Under the pieces are notes generated by a model. That model saw only the letters and a list, made by a program, of their open reading frames with translations. It had not been told where the DNA came from and did no database searches. A DNA stretch of 64,000 nucleotides from Endomicrobiales bacterium (lineage in GTDB: Bacteria; Elusimicrobiota; Endomicrobiia; Endomicrobiales; JALOBY01), in the NCBI GenBank assembly GCA_963796955.1, contig CAWCNJ010000003.1:32001-96000 (forward strand), written 5' to 3'. Positions 44,844 through 54,727 of this stretch are shown here, piece after piece (position 1 is the first letter of the stretch; each line of letters begins with the position of its first letter). Both the position numbers and the translations under genes were made by a program.

Positions 44844-45608
44844 CTTTTGGTATCGTTTATAATATCATAAACATACAAATCACACTCCTTTGGGGAAGCG
44901 ACAATTAAAACCAAAATGAAATCTAAACAGTGGCAAATACTTCTTCTGTCAATGTCTCTTTGCGGTATTGCGCACGCGAAGACTTTTGTGAGAGAATCCA
45001 CTTGGCAATGCTTGTCAATGTAGTATTTATAACGATGGGGTATTTGTGACGAATTCAGATTCATCAGGAAGGTACACAATAAACTATGTTGTCGTAGGTA
45101 CACACACCATCAGCGTTCCAAATTTATTTTCTGCACTTGTTACTGTGCATTCAGACAACCTTGAAACGCAGGATATTACATTGAATTGGATGCCTATGGG
45201 TTCGGACTTGTCTGTTACTGGATGGGACAGATTAACCGAAGCAAATAGTCCTTATGTGATAAGTAAAGATATGACATTATACAATTTGTTGATTGATCCC
45301 GGTGTTATAATTAAATTTTCCGGATCGTATGCATTTGAAGTTTGGAATGGTGGCGATATCTTTGTTAATGGAACCAACTCAAAACCAATCATATTTACAT
45401 CTGGAAGGCTATCTCCATTAGCGGCCCTATTTCTCAGCGATAGTGACCTCATCAGTGGCAGTTAATTCACTATTGAGCCTTTGTCTTTGACGTTGCCGTT
45501 GGCCGGTCAAAGACATTGGTTCAAGATGTGAAGAAGACGTGCCTCAAAGCCGTTGCCGTTTGTTCCGCGCGGCTAAAACTGAGTATAATGACCCAAAGGA
45601 GCCTATCA

Positions 45609-45935
45609 TTGGAAAATATCATAACTGCAAAAAAAGAACGCTTAAAGCTGACACCCGAACTGTTGTTCAACATCTACCTGGAATGCACCGCTCCCGGAGC
45701 GCCAGTAAAGTCAATTCTGGCTCGCCACGGCCTAAAACCCTGGGATCTGGTAGCAATCCGCAAGAAAGTCCGCGCTGGCGCCATAGAAGCCCTAGCAAAC
45801 GCCAAGCCGGGCAGAAGAAAGCACGTTGTGGCCGTCGAACAGTTCCAGCAGGTATCAAAGGAACTGGGCGAAACCAAGGATGCCCTGGCGGCAGTGGGGC
45901 ACGAGCTATCATTGCTAAAAAAAAGAGTGAATTAG
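45609..45935 (+). CDS. IS OrfA (HTH plus coiled coil)
   Basis: TTG start after AAGGAG; ends ELSLLKKRVN across an A8G run. Confidence 0.75.
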   Translation: MENIITAKKERLKLTPELLFNIYLECTAPGAPVKSILARHGLKPWDLVAIRKKVRAGAIEALANAKPGRRKHVVAVEQFQQVSKELGETKDALAAVGHELSLLKKRVN

Positions 45936-46972
45936 CTCTTGAAGGCCCGCTGCTGGGTCATTTTACAAAAGAGGTCAAAGAACAAGTGGTAAATATTATC
46001 AAAGAAGCGGTCAATTCCGGCTTAACCCAGAATCAAGCCTGCATTACTTTCGGCCTTGCGGCCAGAAAGTTCCGCAGGTGGGCTAAGCCTAAGCCCGTTA
46101 AACAGCGTTCCGCCTGGAACAAAACGCTTAAACATGAATGTGAAGCAATTGAAGCCGCTGTCTATGAGCCGGAACTTATCGGCAAGCCGTTAAGCCATGT
46201 CTTCGTACACGGCCACAGAACAGGCAAATTCTTCGTTTCGCTGGCCACCGTTTTCCGCGTACTTAAAAGCAAAGACCTTGTTAAACCGCTGAGCTTTTAC
46301 AGATCACGTAAAACAAATTACGTTCCTGCTCAGGCGCTGATGGCCGACGGTTATTCGCTTCTTTGCTATGACGGCACGCAGTTCGTTACAGTGTTTGGCA
46401 CTATCGTTTGGGCCATACCGGTCTTGATTCTTCCGGCACGCTATCTGCTTCATGTCGGCTATTGTATCGGCGGTGTTACATCAGCCAATCTTACAAACGC
46501 CGTTAAAGAAGCTCTTGCGTTGCTGCCGGAACATCTTATGACTAACCTCATTGCCCATTCGGACAGAGGCTCTGCCATGAAGGCCGTCAAAACCCAGAAG
46601 ATTATCAAAGAGCTGCTTGGCGCTGATGTTCACTACGGACGCCCAAACACCCCTGACGATGAGGCCTGGATTGAGTCGCTTATCAATTCCCTGAAACATC
46701 ACAGGGATGCGCCGGTTTCCTTCGAGCAGGTTGATGACGTCGTTCAGTGGATCAGCAGCTTTCCACAAATCCACAACAACGATCCACACAGCGCCCACAA
46801 GTACGTTACACCGCTTGAAGTCCTGTCCGGACAAAAGGAGGTTATCTTAAATCAGAGAAAGAACAATTTGACCGTAGCGCGCCTTTTGCGCTATACTGCG
46901 TGGAAAGCTGCTTCCGGAAAAGTCGCCAAAACATTGGCTCTTCCGGCCTCAGCAGTAGAAGTTGGTTGCTGA
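45917..46972 (+). CDS. IS OrfB DDE transposase, reached by -1 frameshift
   Basis: CYDGT / HSDRGS / WIES triad; frame is -1 relative to orfA at AAAAAAAAG 45917-25. Confidence 0.85.
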   Translation, partial: KKKSELALEGPLLGHFTKEVKEQVVNIIKEAVNSGLTQNQACITFGLAARKFRRWAKPKPVKQRSAWNKTLKHECEAIEAAVYEPELIGKPLSHVFVHGHRTGKFFVSLATVFRVLKSKDLVKPLSFYRSRKTNYVPAQALMADGYSLLCYDGTQFVTVFGTIVWAIPVLILPARYLLHVGYCIGGVTSANLTNAVKEALALLPEHLMTNLIAHSDRGSAMKAVKTQKIIKELLGADVHYGRPNTPDDEAWIESLINSLKHHRDAPVSFEQVDDVVQWISSFPQIHNNDPHSAHKYVTPLEVLSGQKEVILNQRKNNLTVARLLRYTAWKAASGKVAKTLALPASAVEVGC

Positions 46973-47510
46973 TTTGAGGTCAAACTCGCTGAATTGCGCC
47001 GGCGGGAAATTATAATGGCGTATATCTTACACCAGGTAACGGGTACTCATGCCAACTCAATCATGTTAAGTTTGAGTATGGTTCATCTATACAAATTACT
47101 GGAAGTAGTGTTACAATTTCGAATTGCACTTTCAAAAACAATTCACAAACACCATACGTAAACGGCAATGTTTCACATTGTATATTCGGTAATAATGGAT
47201 ATTACTCGGTAAGTATTTCGGGGTCTCCCAAATTCTCATATTGCACATTTACAAATGGAATCAGCGCAGCTAGCACAGTTGGCCAGTTCACGGTAAATAA
47301 TTGCAATATGAGCACTGGGACCGTAGCTATAAGCAATAGCGCAAACTGGACACTTGATTTGTCGAACAACTGGTGGGGAACAACCGATAACACTACCATT
47401 CAAGGCCGCATATCATCTTCCGCTGGAACAATAACCTACTTGCCTATAGCTGTAGATACTATCACAACAGCTTGCCCTCAATAATTTCCTGAATCGAGGA
47501 GAATCATTAA

Positions 47511-48701
47511 ATGAATATAAGAACAGCAGAAAAGACATCATGCATTTTTGTTTTGATTATGATTTTTACGAGTAGTGTCATCTGGGCCAGATCCATTAAT
47601 GCAGATAATGCCTTTGGCGCAATGGACGCTGAAGAACAGCGGATTAACAAAAGTTCAGCCCCGACGGAAAGCTCGGAGAATAAAGATAACATTGCCACAA
47701 TTCCCGCAACAAGTGCTCCTGCTCAGGCTGTTTTCCCAGTAGAGCCAAAAACAAATAGACATGAACAAATCACAAAACAGAATGATAACGCAACGAACCA
47801 AAGAATATATATAGTTCATGATTATGTTGTAACCGTACTTGATTCGAAGACTTATACAGCTGTTAATGAGTTTCCGGGGGAATTTGCAATTGCTGTTTCA
47901 AGCAGCCATGTCATTTCTCCAGAGACAGCTTATATCGCAATTTACAACAGAAAAGATCTAAAATTGCTTGCGGATTTTGAATACGATGGAGTACCATCGC
48001 CAATGATCGAGAGGGCAGTTATAACTCCTAATGGTGCGAAGATGTATGTCGGATCATTTGGTAATGGCAAAGAAGCTCCTTCTGGCGTATATGTTATTGA
48101 CCTTAACAACCATAAACAAGAAAAGGTATTGTATCAAGATAATATAAAAACTGGCCTCATAGGTATTTCAAATGACGGGAAATATTTATTTGTTTCTACT
48201 GGAAATGGCCTCGCACTAATCAACACTTTAGATGACACTACTTACAAAGAAATACCGATTGGCGATAATACTGACGTCGAAGATATTGTTGTCGGAACGA
48301 ATAACTTGGTATACATGGTTACCTGCTTTTATGATGTTGAATCTGGGTCTCACAAAAACTATAAACTCACGGTTGCCGGTATTGAAAAAGGGGTAATAAA
48401 GGAAATAGCTTTAGGCGCTGACTCAAATAAACACTTTCGTATATTGAGTGTTCTTCAAAAACCGCACTTGTTTATTGTCGGCAATGATAAACTTTTTGAT
48501 TTTGACACAAATACAAATTCTATTACACTTGAAAAGTCATTTAGATACTCCGTAACCCCTTCCGCGATTTCTTCGGATGGAAAGCTATTGTATGTAAAGT
48601 CTGAAAATACAAACCATGTGGTTGTGTATGATGTGGAAAAGGGCTTAGAGGTGAAGGAAATTCCTTTTAAGGACTATTTGTATGATGTCATCGTCAAGTA
48701 G
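47511..48701 (+). CDS. Secreted YncE/YVTN-like beta-propeller protein
   Basis: Signal peptide; repeated ITPNGAKMYV, ISNDGKYLFV, ISSDGKLLYV blades. Confidence 0.75.
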   Translation: MNIRTAEKTSCIFVLIMIFTSSVIWARSINADNAFGAMDAEEQRINKSSAPTESSENKDNIATIPATSAPAQAVFPVEPKTNRHEQITKQNDNATNQRIYIVHDYVVTVLDSKTYTAVNEFPGEFAIAVSSSHVISPETAYIAIYNRKDLKLLADFEYDGVPSPMIERAVITPNGAKMYVGSFGNGKEAPSGVYVIDLNNHKQEKVLYQDNIKTGLIGISNDGKYLFVSTGNGLALINTLDDTTYKEIPIGDNTDVEDIVVGTNNLVYMVTCFYDVESGSHKNYKLTVAGIEKGVIKEIALGADSNKHFRILSVLQKPHLFIVGNDKLFDFDTNTNSITLEKSFRYSVTPSAISSDGKLLYVKSENTNHVVVYDVEKGLEVKEIPFKDYLYDVIVK

Positions 48702-50064
48702 GCTTCGCTTAATATTCATTGCCGGATGTTTATTTTTTAGTGTATCATTCGGTTTTGCATTTTGTATAAAGATTCAACATCCGGTGAACAATGACACCGT
48801 TTCGGGTGTTGTAAACATTAATGCGGTTTCCTATCCCAATAATTGCCTAAAAAACAAATCATATAGTGAAATTGACGAGATTTTAAGTAATGCCCCCACC
48901 AGTTTAGATAAAGAAGTGTTAAAAGCTTTTGCCTGGTATGAAAGCGGGTGGTTGCAGTTCGCGGAAAATGGGAATACTTTTGAAGGACTAAACTTTTCAA
49001 AAGCTACGAAAAAGTTACTGTCAATAGACTATGGTTTGATGCAGGTAAATGATAAAACTTTGAGCGATAAGGATGTTCAAACTGACACGGATCATAATAT
49101 CGCTGCCGGAATATCCATCCTTAACGAAAAGATTCAGTGGGTAAATACAACAAAGAATAATGTCGACCAAAAAAAGTGGAAGATTTGGACGGCTAAATAT
49201 GATTTACAAGGTCATTCGATGCAGGATATATATTTGAAAGCATATAACACTTTTCAAAAATCCTGGGAATATGCTGACGCGGTCAATAAGAATCTCAAAG
49301 AAAAACCATGGCTAAGCAAAGTTCAGGTTGTATTAAACATTGACGATAAGGCAAGGGATAGTAAACAGGTTCCATTAAATGCGCAATATCAATATCAGTG
49401 GAACACTTCACCGGAAAACGAAGGTAGGCATCCTTTAAAGGTTCAGGCTATTAAAGGTAAAGCTAAGTCGCAGGATAGTATCATCGTCAACAAAGGTAAA
49501 GAAAATGTGAAATCGTTTGATATATCTGGTATCGGTGTTGTAAATGGTTGCACATTAGCTGATGAAACCCTTAGTACGGGCCAGAAACCTTTTTCGCTAG
49601 CATCGTACACAATAGAGTTTTCCGAAATTACTGACACAGATGGCTTTAAACTTGATAGTAACGGAAAGATTGTGTGGGGAAATAGGACAGGTTTTTCGAT
49701 CAAGGGCCTTGCACTGGCTGTGTTCGTATATCCACCTTTAGTCAAGTCAAGCGTAAAATGTAAATTCAATCTAACAATCAATAAAAATCAATCTCTCACA
49801 AACAGTTCAATTGGTGAAAAATCGGATCCAAATGCCGATGCAGTTGGTAGTCTTTCCCTTGAGAATATAGGAAATGATTGCTTAACATATTCAGATGGAA
49901 AGGGCGGTGTAATCAATTATTATTTCGGTCGGACTAGCGACAATCTTATGATGACAGGAGAAACAAGTAATATCTATACAGAAGGCAACCTGATAAAGCT
50001 GAGTAAACTCAAGGACAAGTTTAACCAGTATTATAACGGTTCGTTGTTAATAAAACCAAAGTAG
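48682..50064 (+). CDS. Secreted protein with an SLT/GH23-like lytic transglycosylase domain nested in an Ig-like domain
   Basis: KAFAWYESG, YGLMQVN, HNIAAG, KAYN, flanked by HP.N...VSGVVNI and YQWNT....G.H.L.V.A. Confidence 0.7.
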   Translation: MMSSSSRLRLIFIAGCLFFSVSFGFAFCIKIQHPVNNDTVSGVVNINAVSYPNNCLKNKSYSEIDEILSNAPTSLDKEVLKAFAWYESGWLQFAENGNTFEGLNFSKATKKLLSIDYGLMQVNDKTLSDKDVQTDTDHNIAAGISILNEKIQWVNTTKNNVDQKKWKIWTAKYDLQGHSMQDIYLKAYNTFQKSWEYADAVNKNLKEKPWLSKVQVVLNIDDKARDSKQVPLNAQYQYQWNTSPENEGRHPLKVQAIKGKAKSQDSIIVNKGKENVKSFDISGIGVVNGCTLADETLSTGQKPFSLASYTIEFSEITDTDGFKLDSNGKIVWGNRTGFSIKGLALAVFVYPPLVKSSVKCKFNLTINKNQSLTNSSIGEKSDPNADAVGSLSLENIGNDCLTYSDGKGGVINYYFGRTSDNLMMTGETSNIYTEGNLIKLSKLKDKFNQYYNGSLLIKPK

Positions 50065-50160
50065 AGTCGGTTAATTTCCAGGATCAATTTGTAGGATAGT
50101 CAACAAATCATTAAAATGGTATAATCTCCTCGTTAGAGTGGTTATGCCATTTTTCTTAAG

Positions 50161-52563
50161 GTGCGAATGAAAATAGCGTTTGTGGTGCGGAATTATCATA
50201 AAAGCGGGGGGATATCAGGATACGTCGCTGAATTGGCGGAACTGTACGCCAGGGACCACGAAGTTCATGTTTATGCGGCATCGTTCAAGGATGTCGATAA
50301 TTTTGGCATTAAGTGTCACAAAATACCTATCCTCACCTCCTCTCTGCTGGTCCGTTGGAAAAAACACGCTTTAAATAATCTTCTTGAAGTCTGGAGTTTT
50401 GCTTTAACGTCGTTTTTTTACGTTAATAGCAAAGATTTCGATATAGTGCATTCACAAGGGGACTATTGGGGGCAATTTGACGTTTATACCGTCCATAGTT
50501 GCCACAAGGCATGGCTGGAGATAGCCAGCGAAAATGCATCACTGTGGCAACGATTGTTAAAATCAAAATTTAATCCTCTCCATGCCAATATACTTCTTTC
50601 TGAACGGCATTGCCTGAAAAACGCCAGACGCGTGATAGCTATTTCCGAGGTAACGAAACGGGAAGTTATGAAATATTATAACGTGCCTGAGTCGAAGATC
50701 ACCATTGTTCCTCACGGTGTTGATATAGAAAGGTTCAATATTAAATTGCGCGACGTTTACCGCGCCAAGATCAGAGAAAAACATGGCTTGTCCGAGCAGG
50801 ATATGGTCATAGTCTTTCCTGCGCATGAGTTTAAGCGAAAAGGTCTGCCTCAGATAATAGAGGCACTGCATACCCTTAACATGCCTACCCTTTACGTGCT
50901 TGTGGTAGGAAAAGATAATCCTTCCGATTCTACAAGGATAGCCGAAAAATACGGCTTAGCACAGAAAATAATCTTTGCCGGCGCCACATCCGGTATAGAA
51001 CGTTATTACTGCGCCGCCGATATGATGGTTTTTCCTACGTCGTACGAGCCATTTGGAATGATCATTACAGAGGCAATGGCCTGCGGCTTGCCGGTTGTTG
51101 TCTCTAAACTTGCCGGCGCAGCCGAACTGATAACCGACGGTGTCGACGGGGTATTATTACATGACCACACTGATGTAGGAAGCATCTCCGGTGCGATAAA
51201 ATTACTCGCTTTGGACAAGCCGATGCGCATGCGTATGGGTGAAAAAGCGCTTGCGTTAAGCGAGAAATATACTTGGTCATTGATAAGTGACATAACAATG
51301 AGCCTGTATAGAAGAATAACTAATCCTGTTTTAATGAATATCTGCGTAGTGACCCGCACGACCCTGTTCCACAGTATGGGCGGTATGGAACAACATTTGC
51401 GCATGTTAGTGGAAGGCCTCGTAAAGATCGGACACAGAGTTACGGTCATAACTACAGCCCATCCGGGACATGAACAATTTATTGAGAAAAATGGAGTCTC
51501 CTACCATTTTCTCAAAGGAGCCAAACCAGGACGCTACTCCCGAAGACTTGCTGCGCGAACTTTGCGGAAATTCAAACAGCTTCATTCCCTTGATCCTTTT
51601 GATGTAATACACAGCGAAAGCATGGGACCAGGCGGTCTTCTAGCCGCTAGTGTTAACAAAAAGTTCCTTGTGCCGATAGTTGTTATCTTTCATGGGATTT
51701 TTATAAATGAAATTGAAACTTGTCTTGGTATCCTTTTCGGACGTACAGGAACAATAGTAAGGCGCTTATATGCGGTTCTGGCCATCTGCCGCCAAATTTT
51801 CAGTTATATTAGACGTCAATTCACTCTAGTAAGGCGGGCGAATGCTGTTATTGCAACCAGTATGAAACAGAAGATGCTCATTAAACGTTATTTCCAATTG
51901 CCAGATTCACGAGTACTTAATGTTTTTAATGGTGTTGACATTGTACCTGCCGATGAAAAGGATATCAATGCGCTAAAAGTAAAAATTGGTATCGGAACGG
52001 AACCTGTTGTTCTTTGTATTGCAAGACTGAAATTAGAAAAGGGAATACATGTAGCGATAAAGGCATTTGCTGAAATAGTAAAAAACAGGCCTGCAAGATT
52101 GGTTATCGTTGGAGACGGTGAGTATAGAACGGAACTTGAAGGATTGGTGTCCACTCTGGGTATCGCAGATAAGGTTTTTTTTGCAGGCATAGTTGATTAT
52201 TCGGAACTCGGCGTATGTTATGCCGTTGCCGATGTTTTTGTCAATGCTACGATACGCGAGAATGGATATGATTTGACGATAGCACAAGCTATGGGCTACA
52301 AGAGATCTCTTATAGTAACCCAGCTTAAGGCTCTGGAAGGTGTTATTGAAGATAACGTGAACGGACTTTTGGTACGTAAGGGCGATCCTCTTGATCTGGC
52401 ATCAAAAATCAACTATATATTAGATCATCCTGAAAAAGCGTCGGCCATGGCGCTTAAAGCTTATGCTACCTACGATAAGAACTTTACAGCAGAACAGATG
52501 GTAAGGAATACTACAGAAGTTTATCAGAAAGCGATCGCCTCAAGGAAAAGGGGACATTTATGA
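50161..52563 (+). CDS. Tandem double GT4 glycosyltransferase
   Basis: Two GT-B units: EPFGMIITEAMACG and ENGYDLTIAQAMG; second unit starts near MNICVV. ATG 50167 is an alternative start. Confidence 0.9.
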   Translation: MRMKIAFVVRNYHKSGGISGYVAELAELYARDHEVHVYAASFKDVDNFGIKCHKIPILTSSLLVRWKKHALNNLLEVWSFALTSFFYVNSKDFDIVHSQGDYWGQFDVYTVHSCHKAWLEIASENASLWQRLLKSKFNPLHANILLSERHCLKNARRVIAISEVTKREVMKYYNVPESKITIVPHGVDIERFNIKLRDVYRAKIREKHGLSEQDMVIVFPAHEFKRKGLPQIIEALHTLNMPTLYVLVVGKDNPSDSTRIAEKYGLAQKIIFAGATSGIERYYCAADMMVFPTSYEPFGMIITEAMACGLPVVVSKLAGAAELITDGVDGVLLHDHTDVGSISGAIKLLALDKPMRMRMGEKALALSEKYTWSLISDITMSLYRRITNPVLMNICVVTRTTLFHSMGGMEQHLRMLVEGLVKIGHRVTVITTAHPGHEQFIEKNGVSYHFLKGAKPGRYSRRLAARTLRKFKQLHSLDPFDVIHSESMGPGGLLAASVNKKFLVPIVVIFHGIFINEIETCLGILFGRTGTIVRRLYAVLAICRQIFSYIRRQFTLVRRANAVIATSMKQKMLIKRYFQLPDSRVLNVFNGVDIVPADEKDINALKVKIGIGTEPVVLCIARLKLEKGIHVAIKAFAEIVKNRPARLVIVGDGEYRTELEGLVSTLGIADKVFFAGIVDYSELGVCYAVADVFVNATIRENGYDLTIAQAMGYKRSLIVTQLKALEGVIEDNVNGLLVRKGDPLDLASKINYILDHPEKASAMALKAYATYDKNFTAEQMVRNTTEVYQKAIASRKRGHL

Positions 52564-53573
52564 CAAATGAGTTGAAAACCGCTTACGAGGGAAAGAATAT
52601 TCTTATTACGGGCGGCCTTGGCTTTATCGGAAGCACACTTGCGCATGCGCTGGTGTCTTACGGCGCCCATGTAACCCTGGTAGACTCTCTGGTGCCGCAG
52701 TACGGCGGGAATATGTTCAACATAGAAGACATCAAAGACAAGGTCACCGTTAATATTTCCGACGTAAGGGACCGCAGCAGCATGAATTATCTGGTGCAGG
52801 GTAAAGACTATATTTTCAATCTTGCGGGAACGCTGAGCCATATAGACAGCATGAGGGATCCTTTTACCGACCTTGATATAAATTGCGTAGCTCAGTTGTC
52901 GATTTTGGAAGCCTGCAGGCATAATAACCCCGGCGTAAAGATACTTTTTGCGGGAACCCGCGGCCAGTACGGTAAAGCAAAAACGCTTCCCGTAACTGAA
53001 GAACACCTGCAGGAACCTATTGACGTGAACGGCATCAACAACATGGCTGGGGAGTGGTACCACATACTTTATTACAGGGCTTACGGCATACGGGCTTGCT
53101 CCCTGCGCCTGACAAATACTTACGGTCCGCGTCACCAGATGAGACACCCTCGTCAGGGCATAATCAATTGGTTCGTGCGGCAGGTAATAGATGGTGAGAA
53201 GATCCGGATATTCGGCGACGGTGAACAGGTGCGCGACTGTACTTTTGTTGGTGATGTTGTGCATGCCTTTCTGCTTGCCGGCGCATCCCCAAAGGCTGAC
53301 GGGGAAATATTCAACCTGGGTGGGCGACACATAAGCCTTAAGGGTTTCGTTGAAAAAATAATTAATGTTGCAGGAAAAGGTTCTTTCGAATTGATAGCTT
53401 ACCCGGCGGAGAATAAGAAGATAGAGATCGGCGAATATATTGCTGATTACAGCAAGATCAAAAGAGTGCTTGGCTGGGAGCCTGCTATCGGCCTTGAGGA
53501 AGGGCTTCGTCAATCGCTCGATTATTATACAAAGAATAAAAACAGCTACTGGAAAACCGGAGAGATACTGTGA
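52560..53573 (+). CDS. NAD-dependent epimerase/dehydratase (extended SDR)
   Basis: TGGLGFIG, FNLAG, NTYGP, GDGEQVRD. Confidence 0.9.
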   Translation: MTNELKTAYEGKNILITGGLGFIGSTLAHALVSYGAHVTLVDSLVPQYGGNMFNIEDIKDKVTVNISDVRDRSSMNYLVQGKDYIFNLAGTLSHIDSMRDPFTDLDINCVAQLSILEACRHNNPGVKILFAGTRGQYGKAKTLPVTEEHLQEPIDVNGINNMAGEWYHILYYRAYGIRACSLRLTNTYGPRHQMRHPRQGIINWFVRQVIDGEKIRIFGDGEQVRDCTFVGDVVHAFLLAGASPKADGEIFNLGGRHISLKGFVEKIINVAGKGSFELIAYPAENKKIEIGEYIADYSKIKRVLGWEPAIGLEEGLRQSLDYYTKNKNSYWKTGEIL

Positions 53574-54727
53574 TACCAAATAATGATCTTGCACGCCAAT
53601 ACAAAAGAGTAAAAACACAGGTTGATAAAGCTGTTCTGTCCACTCTTGCCAGCGGCTGGTATGTGCTTGGCAAACAGGTGGAAAAATTTGAATCAGAGTT
53701 CGCCGGCTACTGCGGCGCAAAATACGCTGTCGGCGTTAATTCCGGTACCGATGCCCTTATGCTGGCGCTGATCGCTGCAGGAGTTAAACCCGGCGAAGAA
53801 GTAATAACCGTTCCCAATACCGCCGTGCCCACTGCGGCCGCGATCTCGGCGGCGGGCTGTGTTCCATATCTGGTAGACGTTGATGAAAAATATCTCACGC
53901 TGTCTCCGTCCTCACTAAGGCACTTTCTAAGCAATGGTGTTAAGAAAAAAGGGTCAAAATTTGTCAACAAGCGAACCGGACGCGTGGTAAGCGCGATAAT
54001 CCCTGTGCACCTGTATGGCCTTTGCGCCGATATGCCTGCAATATTGAGGATTGCGCGAAAATACGGTCTGGTAGTTATAGAAGATTGCGCGCAGTCCCAC
54101 GGCGCGATGATAGGTGGAAAAAAGTGCGGTACTTTTGGCCATGCCGCAGCATTCAGTTTCTATCCGACCAAAAACCTCGGTTGCTTTGGCGACGGTGGGA
54201 TGGTGGTAACAAATGACAAGGAAATAGACAAACGAGTAAGGATGCTTCGCAATTACGGCCAGGCTGACCGGTATGTGCACGAAATGAAGGGCATTAACAG
54301 CCGCCTTGATGAAGTACAGGCAGCGGTATTATCTGTGAAACTAAAGTATTTAGAGAGAGACAATAACACGCGCCGGGCGCTCGCAAAAAAATACAGCAAA
54401 TTGCTGGGCGGGCTTCCTTTATCTTTGCCCGAAGAAAGGAACGGTTGCCGGCATGTGTACCATCTGTTCGTGGTTCGCGCTGAGAACCGCGATCGGCTCA
54501 AAGAATATCTTCTCACGAAAAATATCGTAGCGCAGATTCACTATCCAATTCCCATTCATCTGCAAAAGTCTTACTCGGACCTTAATGTGCTCGCCGGATC
54601 ATTGCGATCTTCCGAGAAGGCAGCAAAAGAAGTTCTTTCCATTCCATTTTTTCCGGGAATAACTGATACGGAGATCCGGCAGGTGGCCGCAGCGATTAAA
54701 GAGTACTTTAAGATAACCGGAGCATAA
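53570..54727 (+). CDS. DegT/DnrJ/EryC1/StrS sugar aminotransferase
   Basis: SGTDAL, PVHLYG, EDCAQSHG, SFYPTKNLG, NSRLDE. Confidence 0.93.
   Translation: MIPNNDLARQYKRVKTQVDKAVLSTLASGWYVLGKQVEKFESEFAGYCGAKYAVGVNSGTDALMLALIAAGVKPGEEVITVPNTAVPTAAAISAAGCVPYLVDVDEKYLTLSPSSLRHFLSNGVKKKGSKFVNKRTGRVVSAIIPVHLYGLCADMPAILRIARKYGLVVIEDCAQSHGAMIGGKKCGTFGHAAAFSFYPTKNLGCFGDGGMVVTNDKEIDKRVRMLRNYGQADRYVHEMKGINSRLDEVQAAVLSVKLKYLERDNNTRRALAKKYSKLLGGLPLSLPEERNGCRHVYHLFVVRAENRDRLKEYLLTKNIVAQIHYPIPIHLQKSYSDLNVLAGSLRSSEKAAKEVLSIPFFPGITDTEIRQVAAAIKEYFKITGA

Larger units (their letters stand above)
45425..47001 (+). mobile_element. IS3-like insertion sequence (~1.58 kb)
   Basis: GCGG direct repeats at 45421-24 and 47002-05. 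Imperfect inverted repeats TCAGCGAtagTGACCTCA / TGAGGTCAaacTCGCTGA. orfA/orfB organisation. Confidence 0.85.
44916..47484 (+). pseudogene. Secreted beta-helix protein with N-terminal carboxypeptidase-regulatory-like domain; IS-interrupted and with a +1 frameshift near 44995
   Basis: Signal peptide MKSKQWQILLLSMSLCGIAHA; NSPY...LIDPGV...PIIFTS before the IS; NYNGVYL...SNCTF..N...DLSNNWWGTTD after it. Removing 45425-47005 restores the frame. Confidence 0.8.

Noticed and set aside
45539..45916. N-terminal extension of the 477-aa transposase ORF
   Set aside because: Overlaps orfA in another frame; OrfB is better explained by -1 frameshifting.
52524..53720. 398-aa minus-strand ORF
   Set aside because: Antisense shadow of the epimerase gene.
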